In this document: positions 52,843-62,257 of the stretch, piece after piece | How the letters are laid out: each line of letters begins with the position of its first letter | Numbering within the stretch: the first letter of the stretch is position 1 | IMG/VR virus record: IMGVR_UViG_3300037067_002413 | Coordinates: 1-64,000 of that record | From: a virus | Taxonomy: Duplodnaviria; Caudoviricetes | Direction: 5' to 3' (one strand) | Length of the DNA stretch: 64,000 nt | Notes under the pieces: generated by a model | The model's database searches: none | What the model was told of the DNA's origin: nothing | Seen by the model: only the letters and a program-made list of their open reading frames with translations | Made by a program: the position numbers and the translations under genes

Positions 52843-53706
52843 ATGGACGATAAGGTCGAGTTCTTGCCGACCCAAGTCCTGCGAGAACCCAAGGTCAAGT
52901 TGCGAGAAGTGAATCGGGAGAGCCTAGAATACCTGGAGATGCGTGACAGCATCCGGGACAAGGGAATCCTCCAATCACTGCTTGTGAGGCCCCAGGGTGA
53001 CGTATACGAGATCATTGAAGGTCTCCACCGTTATACCTGTGCCAAAGAAGTTGGCCTCCAAACGCTTCCCTGCATCATCAGGGAGTGTAGCGATGATGAA
53101 GTGTTGGTCCTGCAACTCGCGGCGAATGCGATCTCGCCCGAGACCAAGTTGGCGGAATACGCCCATCAGATCAAACGACTGATGAAGCGGAATCCCGACT
53201 TGACGATCGCTCAGGTGTCGTGCCTCATCCGCAAGGCACCCGCGTGGATCGGTAAATGTCTTAACCTGGTGAACCTCCTGAACACAATTCAGGTGATGGT
53301 AGACCGGGGAGAGATTCCAGCAGAGAACGCCTACATGCTGGCCAAGATTCCCAAGTCCATGCAAAAGGACTATGTGGATCGGGCCAAGCTCATGCCGCCC
53401 AAAGAGTTCAGACCGATTGCGGCGGCCTGCGTGAAGCAGTTCACGGAGGCGGTAAAGCAGGGAAAGATGGACGCCTTCTACTCGGATAAGTTCGAGCCGG
53501 TGGCCCATCTGAGATCGTTGAAGGAGATTGAGGCGATGAACGTGCAAGCACTCGTCTGTACGAGCGAGGGATGTAAGACGGTGCTTGACGGTTTCAATGC
53601 GGGCCTGCGTTGGGTCTGCCATCTCGATCGCCAGAGTGTGAGAGAGCAAGAGGATGCAATACGCCAGCAGCGGGAAAGGCAGGTGCTTGATGTGCAATTA
53701 GAATGA
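52843..53706 (+). CDS. ParB/Spo0J-like protein
   Basis: SI..KGILQ.LLVRP...YEII.G.HR...AK..GL..LPCII. Confidence 0.85.
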   Translation: MDDKVEFLPTQVLREPKVKLREVNRESLEYLEMRDSIRDKGILQSLLVRPQGDVYEIIEGLHRYTCAKEVGLQTLPCIIRECSDDEVLVLQLAANAISPETKLAEYAHQIKRLMKRNPDLTIAQVSCLIRKAPAWIGKCLNLVNLLNTIQVMVDRGEIPAENAYMLAKIPKSMQKDYVDRAKLMPPKEFRPIAAACVKQFTEAVKQGKMDAFYSDKFEPVAHLRSLKEIEAMNVQALVCTSEGCKTVLDGFNAGLRWVCHLDRQSVREQEDAIRQQRERQVLDVQLE

Positions 53707-53764
53707 CTGAATCATTTTGTTAGATAAAGATTTCCAATTCCAATTTTAATTTCAAGAGTATTTT

Positions 53765-54508
53765 ATGAGTAACGCTTTGCAAACCGTCGATCTCAACCAG
53801 CTTCCTTCCACCCAACTCGGCACTGACGAACAGTTCGAGCAGATGTCTAGGAGCACCGGCTTCCTTGGACGCCTTCAACTGTTCACCAAGGGTAACGCCA
53901 TCGACGAGGGCTTGATTCCTCCGGGCACCTATGGTATTCCCGAGTCGGACAAGAAGATCATCAAACTCGGAAATTCGGTTGACATTCTTCCGTTGGCTCG
54001 TCGCCTCAAGGCACTCGATCTGAGTGACAAACAAGCGATCGTCGATAATTACGACGCCAAGTCCGATACCTTCAAGGACATCGCTGCTCGCAGCGAAGAG
54101 ACCAACTCGAACTGCATGTACGGCACCAGTTTCCTGGTGTTGGAGAAGAGCACCGGCCGGTTCCTCGAATTCTTCTGCGGGACCAAGAGCACCCGACCGA
54201 TCGCCGGCGACATCGCCGTCTACATGACCGTGACCCAAGCGGACATCGACCGCAAGAAGGCTGCCGGCGCGGACGTGTCGAAAATGGAGCCTCATGGAGT
54301 TCAGCCCTGCACATTGAAGGTGCGGTTGGCCAAGAACAAGCGCGGTAATTCGTGGCACGTTCCCGATGTGCAACCCTGCACGTCTCCGTTCATCAATCTT
54401 CCGTCGATCGAATCCATCGTCGATGAAGTCAAAAAGTTCCTCGCTGAAAAGAACGGCGGCGTTGAGGTTGTGCCGGAAGATACGACTAAGAAGGCTCGCG
54501 CCCATTAG
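53765..54508 (+). CDS. Putative ssDNA-binding / replication accessory protein
   Basis: Position in the replication block; KNKRGNSW.VP motif. Confidence 0.4.
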   Translation: MSNALQTVDLNQLPSTQLGTDEQFEQMSRSTGFLGRLQLFTKGNAIDEGLIPPGTYGIPESDKKIIKLGNSVDILPLARRLKALDLSDKQAIVDNYDAKSDTFKDIAARSEETNSNCMYGTSFLVLEKSTGRFLEFFCGTKSTRPIAGDIAVYMTVTQADIDRKKAAGADVSKMEPHGVQPCTLKVRLAKNKRGNSWHVPDVQPCTSPFINLPSIESIVDEVKKFLAEKNGGVEVVPEDTTKKARAH

Positions 54509-55105
54509 TCCGAAGTTTGTCCACTACCAACGGTAGTTGGACCTGCAAAGGCTTATCGCTGAGCCAGCCTGGCAAATCAGCGAAGCTCTAGTGACGCCTG
54601 ACCCGAGGAGCAAGGTCTGCCCGTGGGAAGCTGGTATAGGTGTGCCACGGCCTCAATCACAGGATTAGATTCAAGCGGGCTGTAACCCGCGTGGTGAAGG
54701 GGATTCCAGCAGGCGTCATTCATTTTCTTGTTATTTGGAGAAATATCATGCGATACCTTTTACTTTTGTTCGTGCTGCTGAGTGGTTGTCAGGCTGCTCT
54801 CGATACGAGACCGCCGCAACAGCAACAGCAATATGCGCAGCCGCAATATCAACAGCAACAGCAATTGCGATTCGATCCGTACACGGGTCAACTACTCCGT
54901 TAATCACACTCGCCGCGCCGCTCTCACGTAAAGTGATGACGCGCATAATGGGCGAGTTTCACGAGAGTCGCTGAGGGTGGTCGCCCACATTTCGGTAATA
55001 GGCGATCCAGGGTGGGAATCATTATTCAAGGGCGTGTGGACTAGCGGAGATACTACCGACGCCAGCGAAACACGCAGTAAGCGACTTTCACTTTTTGGAG
55101 CATTT

Positions 55106-55880
55106 ATGCGAAACCTAGACGAAGAGTTTATTTCGGAAGTTATTCCGTCTGACCTGCTTGAAAGTGTCATTGCGTGGATTCAGGAGAACATGAACCCGCG
55201 CGACGTGTTCGAGGAAGAGACAATCTTTGATTGGTGCAAGGAGAATGTAACTGACGTGGAAGATGTTTGTCCAGAACGCCTTTTGGACCTTTGGGCAGAG
55301 AACAACGGCCTCGGATACGTGGGGGAAGAATGAAACTCTGGCTGTTACGACCTGTTAGTACGGAATCCGCACCTTGGCAACCTTGGTATGACCGGGTATT
55401 CGGATTCGTAGTTTGTGCCATCGACGAGCAGACTGCTCGTACCTTGGCTGCATCTGATGCTGAAAATGAAGGCTCGGATGCTTGGATTGATCCTGCAATG
55501 TCCTCCTGCACGGAGTTATTGCCAGGAGAAGAAGGGATTATTTTACGGGACTTCGCTGCCGCGTAAGGGACATTATGAAATTCGTGAATTGTCGAATCAT
55601 CCTCTATGAAGGGAACTGGGAAAAGACACTTTCCGAGGATGCTATCCATCTTCTGATGAAACGAACATTTCCAGAAACAGGCGAATGTTCCCTAGACTCT
55701 TTGGATTTCGTGAAACCTGACGAAGATGTTGCTTTCGAGATCGAAGCCGGAATAGTTACCGACTGGTCTGACAAAGAGAACGTCAGCGACAGGATCATTG
55801 AAAAGGTGCTTGCTCATTTCGAGCCTGAATACGAAACCATGATTGAAGTTGAAGTCTGGGAGACTGATGATGCCTGTTGA
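55106..55880 (+). CDS. Three small acidic hypothetical proteins (55106-55333, 55330-55566, 55575-55880)
   Basis: Closely spaced ORFs with RBSs. Confidence 0.6.
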
Positions 55881-56391
55881 AGCCGTACTCATTACTGGGC
55901 CAGCAATTGATTTCGCTTCCCTGGTAAGTCTCACGCACGAAGCGTTGGGGTATAGCATTGCCAGTGCTGCCGACTCCAGTCACCGAAAAATGGTTGATGC
56001 CGAAAAGTTCCTTTCCTGTTTGGCATCGTTCAAGGAGGAAGGCGGCGAGATTACGCCCAACCTATTGTCGCATGTTTCGTTTAGCGTCCTCGTGATTGCT
56101 GACGAACACGATCTATTTGATATTGTGGATCAAACATCCGGTATGTCGTGCGTTCGAGCAGAGACAAGGATTCCCAACGTCAATGTAGCCGTCCTTACCG
56201 GAACTCTCGCCCAATGGCGAGATGCCGTGGCTTCTGGGACTAACGAAGTCTCACCGCCAACGGTTCGTACCTGTTATTCCAAAATCCTTCTGCTGTTTGA
56301 TCGTGCCGGCTTGACCTCCGTGTGGAGCAACTTCGAGCGGACTACGGCACCTGATCGCAGCGGTTTCCTACTTGAATACCACCATGCCTGA
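55867..56391 (+). CDS. Hypothetical protein with weak ThyX-fold resemblance
   Basis: LSHVSFSV and VLTGTLAQWR segments; no RHR catalytic motif. Confidence 0.35.
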   Translation: MMPVEAVLITGPAIDFASLVSLTHEALGYSIASAADSSHRKMVDAEKFLSCLASFKEEGGEITPNLLSHVSFSVLVIADEHDLFDIVDQTSGMSCVRAETRIPNVNVAVLTGTLAQWRDAVASGTNEVSPPTVRTCYSKILLLFDRAGLTSVWSNFERTTAPDRSGFLLEYHHA

Positions 56392-58387
56392 TATTGTTGA
56401 ATGCAAACTTACGACTCGCACGACCAACGGCAAACTGATTCGTTCGGCTGCCACCTTGGAATACAAGAGCGGTCGCATCTGGTTCCTAAAATCGCCCTTC
56501 TCGTTGAAAGATGAGATCAAGGCAATGAAGGGATCGCGCTGGCACGGGCGCGATGATGACGACGATGGACGCAAGATATGGTCGATAGAGGACTGCCCAA
56601 GAAATCGTTTCCAACTTGGATTCCTCATGGGCGAGGATGTCTACGCCTGGTTCGATCGTGATCTCATTAAGCACGAGTATTCGGCAACGCTGAATGGCGA
56701 ACCAACGCTATTGATGCCTCACCAATGCGATATGGCTGATAGTGGATTAACGTACCACTACCAGTTGTGGGCGGCGGAAATGGGCACGGGGAAGACACTT
56801 TCAGCCCAGAAGGTTATCGAAAAAAGCGGCGTCCTTAATTGGTTGTGGGTTGGACCAAAAGCGTCCTTGCCAAACATCAAGCGTGAATTCGCCAAGTGGG
56901 GTTTTGACTTTAGCGGTCCAATCCGAGTTGAATTCATTAGCTATGAAGAATTGACTCGGCGGGTTGACGAATGGCAGCCCGGCACGGAACTTCCGAAGGG
57001 CGTTATCTTCGACGAATCCAGCCGGCTCAAGGGCGATACAAGTCAACGAACGCAGGCTGCCCAACGCCTGGCGGATTGGATTCGTGAGAAGTATGGCTTC
57101 GAGGGTTTTGCGATCGAAATGAGCGGCACGCCGTCGCCGAAGACTCCGTTGGATTGGTGGAGTCAGTGCGAGATTGCCTGGCCTGGTTTCCTCCGAGAAG
57201 GAAGTCGAAGGGCACTCGAACAGCGGTGCGGTTTCGTCGTCATGCAACAATTCGATGCAGGCATGTACCCGAAGCGAATTGGTTGGAAGGACGATGAACG
57301 GAAGTGTCGGCATTGCGGCGCAATGGAAGCGGAAGGTCCGCACGAACTTGACGGCATCGTTGATCCTGACGAATACCACGAGTTTCAGCCCAGCGTCAAT
57401 GAAGTGGCTTATATCTACGAGCGACTCAAGGGTCTCGTAGTCATCAAGCACAAGAAGGACTGTCTCAATCTTCCTGATAAGAGATACCGCAAAATTATCT
57501 GCAAACCCAATCCCAGCGTGTTGCGGGTGGCTCAGGCGATTGCGGAAACCGCTCCCAATACGATTACGGGTTTGACTTTGCTTCGTGAATTGAGCGATGG
57601 CTTCCAGTATCGGGATGTGGAAGATGGCGAAGTTCGCTGCCCTTATTGTCCCGATAGTTGCGGCGAGGTCGCGGAATGGTTTGACCCTAATGATGATGAC
57701 GCTACCTATAGCATCATCGACATGCTCAGTCCTGAATTCGCCGCAACGCTCCAGAAACGAATGGTTCCTTGCCCGAGATGCGACGGCGATAAGACGGTTC
57801 CGAAGATCGTTCGAGTAACTAAAGAAATCGCCTGCCCGAAAGAAAAGGCACTGAAACTGTTGCTTGACGAGTGCGAGGAAAATGGACGAATCGTTATCTT
57901 TGCCGGTTTCACGGGCAGCGTCGATCGAATCAAGAATATCTGCCACAAGGATGGATGGTCGGTTCTCCGAGTCGATGGTCGAGGCTATGAAGTCACCGAT
58001 CGTGAAGGCAACATCATCACGAATGACGGTGAAGAAGCCCTGGAGTTCTGGGCAGACCGTGACAATCAAAGAGTCGCATTTGATTCGCATCCAGAATCCG
58101 GCGGCATGAGTTTGACATTGGTTGAAGCCAGAATGGCCGTCTACTGGTCCAACAGTTTCAAGCCGGAGTATCGTGCTCAATCCGAAGATCGAATTCATCG
58201 CAAAGGAATGGACGAAAATCTGGGTTGCGACATCGTTGACCTGATCCATCTGCCAACGGATTCCCGCGTATTGGAAGTCATCCAAGCCAATCGCAAATTG
58301 GAATTGATGACGATGGGCGAATTCAGTGATGCGCTTGATGAAGAGGGCAGCGAAGATGGAACGATCATCGAAGAGCTAGTGTCTTAA
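56384..58387 (+). CDS. SNF2-family (SF2) helicase with Zn-finger insertions
   Basis: EMGTGKT, IFDESS, MSGTP, GG.SLTL, QSEDRIHR.G. Confidence 0.88.
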   Translation: MPDIVECKLTTRTTNGKLIRSAATLEYKSGRIWFLKSPFSLKDEIKAMKGSRWHGRDDDDDGRKIWSIEDCPRNRFQLGFLMGEDVYAWFDRDLIKHEYSATLNGEPTLLMPHQCDMADSGLTYHYQLWAAEMGTGKTLSAQKVIEKSGVLNWLWVGPKASLPNIKREFAKWGFDFSGPIRVEFISYEELTRRVDEWQPGTELPKGVIFDESSRLKGDTSQRTQAAQRLADWIREKYGFEGFAIEMSGTPSPKTPLDWWSQCEIAWPGFLREGSRRALEQRCGFVVMQQFDAGMYPKRIGWKDDERKCRHCGAMEAEGPHELDGIVDPDEYHEFQPSVNEVAYIYERLKGLVVIKHKKDCLNLPDKRYRKIICKPNPSVLRVAQAIAETAPNTITGLTLLRELSDGFQYRDVEDGEVRCPYCPDSCGEVAEWFDPNDDDATYSIIDMLSPEFAATLQKRMVPCPRCDGDKTVPKIVRVTKEIACPKEKALKLLLDECEENGRIVIFAGFTGSVDRIKNICHKDGWSVLRVDGRGYEVTDREGNIITNDGEEALEFWADRDNQRVAFDSHPESGGMSLTLVEARMAVYWSNSFKPEYRAQSEDRIHRKGMDENLGCDIVDLIHLPTDSRVLEVIQANRKLELMTMGEFSDALDEEGSEDGTIIEELVS

Positions 58388-58409
58388 TTCTGAAAGGTTT
58401 CTAAAATAT

Positions 58410-59732
58410 ATGAGCATGAGTAAGATCAGCCTCGCTAAGGCTGCGCGTATCAAGGCTGACATTGGCAGCGGAGAAATGACGCAGACAGCAATTGCGAAGA
58501 AGTATAAAGTCAGCCGTTCGTTAGTCAGCAACATCGCTACTGGACGTGTCCATAAAGATGTCCCTTGGCTTAACGGCGAACCCGTTCCTAAGAGGGCGGG
58601 TGGGCAAAGGAAGAAGCTCGAAGAGCACGATCCAACCAACAAGCGAATCTTGGAACTTGAGGCTGAGGTTATTCATCTGACAGAGGAACGCAACAGAGAA
58701 CGAGTCAAAGTCAAGGCCAGCGCAAAGACCGAAGGTTTGTTTCGAGCCATTACTTCGGAGATGGATCAGCGTATCAGACCTTACAAGGCTCTGCCCTCTC
58801 AAGTCATCCTTCGGCCCAAAGCAAAGATCGTTGAGCATTGCGTCATGCACCTGAGCGACGGGCACCACGATCAAGTGGTCAGACCCGAGGAAGTCGGCGG
58901 GCTGGAGGATTACAATTTCCCGATCTCCTGCGCAAGAGCCGAGCGGTACGTCGATACGGTCGTCGATTGGACCCAGAACACCTTGGCTCCCAAGTTCTAC
59001 TTCCCTGTTTTGTGGGTACTCGCCTACGGTGATTTTACGAGCGGCGAAATCCACAAAGCCTGCGAGCGCAGCTATTATAGGAATCAGTTCAAGAACTGCC
59101 TGGCGATCGGTCAACTTCACGCCTTGATGTACCGCGACTTGGCGGCGCATTTTGCACAAGTCAACGTATTGTATCTGGCCGGCAACCACGGTCGTCGGAC
59201 GCCAAAGAAGGACTACCTGGGTGCCCATGACAACTGGGATTACCTGGTTGGTGAGGTTGCGAGATTGCATTGTCGTGGCCTGAACAACGTCTACTTCACG
59301 ATCCCGGATGCGTGGAGTGCAAACATCAACATCAATGGCGTTGGGTTCAACGTCTCGCATGGAGACGACGTGCGAAGCAATCTCGGCATTCCGTGGTACG
59401 GGATGGTGAGAAGGCAGAAGGGGTTGATCGCTTTAGGAGCGGCGGCCGGTGCTCAACGGTGTCGTTATTTCTGTTGTGGACACCATCATGCTGCCGCCAC
59501 ACTTTCTGACGTTGATGGTGAATTACTTGTCAACGGAAGTTGGCTTGGAACTGATGCCTTTGCCTACAATTCGTTGTCTGGCTATCGAGAGCCGGCACAA
59601 TGGTTTCACGGCGTCAACCCAAAACATGGTTTGACGTGGCGAATGAATGTGAAGTTGCGGCATGAATCTGAAAAGGCTGGACCGCAACGATATATCATCG
59701 ACGGCGGTCGTGATATTGGTCCTCTCAGATAA
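58410..59732 (+). CDS. HTH-fused calcineurin-like metallophosphoesterase
   Basis: N-terminal IAKKYKVSRSLVS HTH; LSDGH, GD, GNHGR, HGD, GHHH, VNGS. Confidence 0.85.
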   Translation: MSMSKISLAKAARIKADIGSGEMTQTAIAKKYKVSRSLVSNIATGRVHKDVPWLNGEPVPKRAGGQRKKLEEHDPTNKRILELEAEVIHLTEERNRERVKVKASAKTEGLFRAITSEMDQRIRPYKALPSQVILRPKAKIVEHCVMHLSDGHHDQVVRPEEVGGLEDYNFPISCARAERYVDTVVDWTQNTLAPKFYFPVLWVLAYGDFTSGEIHKACERSYYRNQFKNCLAIGQLHALMYRDLAAHFAQVNVLYLAGNHGRRTPKKDYLGAHDNWDYLVGEVARLHCRGLNNVYFTIPDAWSANININGVGFNVSHGDDVRSNLGIPWYGMVRRQKGLIALGAAAGAQRCRYFCCGHHHAAATLSDVDGELLVNGSWLGTDAFAYNSLSGYREPAQWFHGVNPKHGLTWRMNVKLRHESEKAGPQRYIIDGGRDIGPLR

Positions 59733-59864
59733 CAATTAGCACAAATGTCAGGTGTCCAATTATCCCCCGGTAGGGACTCAAATGGGAGCGACCGTAAGGT
59801 GCCAATGCCCGTAGGTTGGGGAACTACACAGCCTGACTCAACATTATTTCCTCTGGAGAATTGA

Positions 59865-60567
59865 ATGCCTTCATTTCGTGCGAAACCTGTAGTCATAACT
59901 GCTGAACGTCTCATTAAACCGTTGATTATCCAAACCCTTGAGGGTGACATGCAGGGTAATATAGGGGACTGGCTTATCAAAGGAACCAACGGCGAATTCT
60001 ATCCATGCAAGGATGATATATTTCGTAAAAAATATGAACCAATCGACAAGGACGGCGTTCACGCTTTGACGGCTACGGGTCCAGGAGAAGAGTATGATGG
60101 ACCCGCGACTATATCGTTTCCTGTTCGCAATGCAGTGGAGTTAAAATAATGGGGTGGGCAAGTGGTTCAGAATTGGCAGAGGATGTTTGGAACGTGGTTC
60201 GTCCCCTAATACCAGGAAATAAACGAAAGAACGCTGCGGCCTCAATCGTTGAACTCTTCGAGTATTGCGACTGCGATACTTTGTATGAGGCTGAACAATT
60301 AGTCGCGGATTCTGGTTTGCCAGGATACGCTAGGGAGGATGTCGAATGAATTTACCAGGAGCAAAACGGTTGACGTTTATGATGCCCAAGGAAGTGGCGG
60401 ATCAGAATACAGAAGACCTTCTCATTATGCTTGAAGGTTTTCCGATGCCAGAACCCGATGAATCAGGCATCATTCAATTCGATTTCGTTGGCAGGGATAT
60501 TTCGTTCCAGCCAATTGTCGATCGCATCATGGGTACGCCAGGCGTCAGCGTGTTTCCAGTATTTTGA
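59865..60567 (+). CDS. Three small phage proteins (59865-60149 with TLEG.M....GDWLIKG..GEFYPCK motif; 60149-60349; 60346-60567)
   Basis: Common phage motif; coupled ORFs. Confidence 0.65.
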
Positions 60568-60579
60568 CAAATGGAAAAT

Positions 60580-60652
60580 TGCACTGTAGTTCAGTTGGTA
60601 GAACACCGCACTGTTAATGCGATGGTCCCTGGTTCGAGTCCAGGCGGTGCAG
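60580..60652 (+). tRNA. tRNA-Asn(GTT)
   Basis: TGCACTG/CGGTGCA acceptor, GTTC/GAAC D stem, CT-GTT-AA loop, CCTGG-TTCGAGT-CCAGG T arm; no encoded CCA. Confidence 0.9.
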
Positions 60653-60738
60653 CTTGCGTCGGAAAGGATGGGGACTGCGGCTCTAGCCGTGATGGAGTGC
60701 CTCATCCGTCCGACGTTTTTTCGTCTCCAAAGGTGACT

Positions 60739-61536
60739 ATGGAACGGCTTGCTCGATACGATGTTTATAATGTACCACTTGCTGATATTTGGATTGATCC
60801 AGATTTCAATTGCCGAAATGCCTTTACCTTCCAGTCTGTTAAGGGACTGGCGGATAACATCGAACAAACCGGACTTGAGATTCCAGTTATTCTTCAACGA
60901 CGAGAGGATAGTCAGATAGAATTTTCGGAACCATTCCGTTTGGTTGCCGGTTTTCGTCGTTTGGCAGCCGTGAAGACGTTTCTGCATTGGAATTCTATTC
61001 CTGCTAATGTTCGAGAAAACTTGAATGACCGAGCAGCAGAGATTCTAAATCTAACAGAGAATTTGGAACGCGAAGACCTCAATCCGCTGGAACAGGCACA
61101 AGCACTCACTCGTAGATTTCCGCCTGGAAGTTCGTTACGAACGATCGCTAAGGAGATGCACCGGGACGCGCATTGGGTACACCAACGCCTGCGGATTATG
61201 CAATTGCCAGAGGAGTTGCGTGAGAAGGTAGCGGCTAAGTTGCTCACACTCTTGGACGTAGACGTACTCGTGAAACTTCCACCAGAGGAGCAAATCGAGG
61301 CAGCCAAAGAAATTATTATTGCCAGAGGAAAGCGAACACGAAAACTCAACGTCAATCCGAAATTTCGGCGAAAGTTTAAGTATCGTCGTGGAAAGGAAGA
61401 GATCAATTTTAGAATTGGTCAACTGATGGAGGCGGGATTGAGTGGCCTCGTAACACGATTCGGTGCCTGGTGTGCGGGTTATATCAGTGATGACGAGTTC
61501 GATCAGGATATTTTGCAAGAAACACATAAAATATAG
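60739..61536 (+). CDS. ParB/Spo0J-like protein
   Basis: N.R..F....LA..I...GL..PV; LVAGFRRL.A; EN.EREDLNPLE.A; HTH. Confidence 0.88.
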   Translation: MERLARYDVYNVPLADIWIDPDFNCRNAFTFQSVKGLADNIEQTGLEIPVILQRREDSQIEFSEPFRLVAGFRRLAAVKTFLHWNSIPANVRENLNDRAAEILNLTENLEREDLNPLEQAQALTRRFPPGSSLRTIAKEMHRDAHWVHQRLRIMQLPEELREKVAAKLLTLLDVDVLVKLPPEEQIEAAKEIIIARGKRTRKLNVNPKFRRKFKYRRGKEEINFRIGQLMEAGLSGLVTRFGAWCAGYISDDEFDQDILQETHKI

Positions 61537-61574
61537 ACCAGATTTCACCTATTTTTACGTCGTCCTATTAGAGG
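61533..61574 (+). promoter_or_regulatory. Class II promoter-like element, copy 2 (heads the Y RNA/Ro60 operon)
   Basis: 38/42 identical to the reverse complement of 21496-21537; ends within the first bases of Y unit 1. Confidence 0.75.
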
Positions 61575-61630
61575 GCCGATGTGGATGGGTTATCTTGGAA
61601 CGACTCCCCACCCGCACAAACTTGCCCTCT
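61570..61630 (+). ncRNA. Y RNA-like unit 1 (free-standing)
   Basis: AGAGGGC(C)GA...TTATC...TTGCCCTCT terminal stem with bulged C. Confidence 0.8.
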
Positions 61631-61635
61631 TTTAT

Positions 61636-61760
61636 GGATGCCGTAGTTCAGTTGGTAGAACACTAAAACCGCTGACCAACCTTTGCCCTGCAAGGGCCAA
61701 ATGGAAAGCGTTATCACCTGTTAAGTGAGAGGTCGCGGGTTCGAGTCCCGCCGGTATCCG
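61636..61760 (+). ncRNA. tRNA-Asn(GTT)-Y RNA chimera (unit 2)
   Basis: Full cloverleaf with a ~50-nt insert (61665-61714): CGCT..CCA..TTTGCCC-tgcaa-GGGC(C)AAA TGG..AGCG-TTATC. Confidence 0.8.
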
Positions 61761-61766
61761 TTTTAT

Positions 61767-61893
61767 GTACGTTGTAGCTCAGCGGTAGAGCACAAGTCAA
61801 AGAACCGCTTTCAAGTTTCTTGCCCTATGGGCCGAACTGAAAGCGTTATCAACAAGGAACTTGTGGTCGTGGGTTCGAGTCCCGCCAACGTGC
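61767..61893 (+). ncRNA. tRNA-Y RNA chimera (unit 3)
   Basis: GTACGTTG/CAACGTGC acceptor; CAAGT/ACTTG stem; loop contains CGCTTTCA..CTTGCCC-tat-GGGC(C)GA..TGAAAGCG-TTATC. Confidence 0.8.
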
Positions 61894-61896
61894 TTT

Positions 61897-61993
61897 GGGT
61901 GTGAAGCTCAATTGGTTGAGCACCCGTTTTCACCATTAACTCGAAAGGGTCGAATGAAAATGGTTATCGTAGGTTCGAGTCCTATCGCACCCG
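61897..61993 (+). ncRNA. tRNA-Y RNA chimera (unit 4)
   Basis: GGGTGTG/CGCACCC acceptor; anticodon arm replaced by CCGTTTTCA..ACTC-gaaa-GGGT(C)GA.TGAAAATGG; TTATC forms the variable loop. Confidence 0.75.
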
Positions 61994-61995
61994 CT

Positions 61996-62059
61996 CCGGG
62001 CCGATGCTGATTGGTTATCACATCTTTATTGTCAAACACCAATCGCACACCTTGCCCGG
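61996..62059 (+). ncRNA. Y RNA-like unit 5
   Basis: CCGGGC(C)GA TGC.GATTGG TTATC ... CCAATC GCA ... TTGCCCGG. Confidence 0.8.
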
Positions 62060-62066
62060 CAATATA

Positions 62067-62159
62067 CTTGGACCGTGGAAGTTCGTTTATTGACGGCCAT
62101 TTCCGAAGTTGTACTTTAGAAATGGCCGCCCATAACGATTGTCCAACTTTTTGTCCAAG
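62067..62159 (+). ncRNA. Y RNA-like unit 6, with internal hairpin
   Basis: CTTGGAC(C)GT...TTATT...TTGTCCAAG; inner CGGCCATTTC/GAAATGGCCG. Confidence 0.7.
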
Positions 62160-62169
62160 CCTTGGATAT

Positions 62170-62244
62170 TTGGGCCGTCGCTGAATCCGTTATCTATGTC
62201 ACTCATAATGACTCCAGTATCCCGGACCAGCACCTTTTGCCTGA
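62170..62244 (+). ncRNA. Y RNA-like unit 7
   Basis: TTGGGC(C)GT.GCTG..TCCG TTATC ... CGGA.CAGC ... TTGCCTGA. Confidence 0.7.
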
Positions 62245-62257
62245 GTCATTGAATGTG

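Noticed and set aside
55867-56391. Functional thymidylate synthase ThyX
   Set aside because: The catalytic RHRxxSxxxxS motif is absent
59760-59812. SAM-I riboswitch (TTATC...GCGACC-gtaa-GGTGCCAA)
   Set aside because: Lacks the AGAG junction, kink-turn and GATAA partner strand of P1
60571-60738. N-terminal extension of the ParB ORF
   Set aside because: Overlaps tRNA-Asn; ATG 60739 with an AAGGTG RBS is more plausible
61665-61714. tRNA inserts as group I or canonical tRNA introns
   Set aside because: Far too short for group I; positions differ between units; removal would not restore an anticodon in unit 4; the inserts match the free Y module
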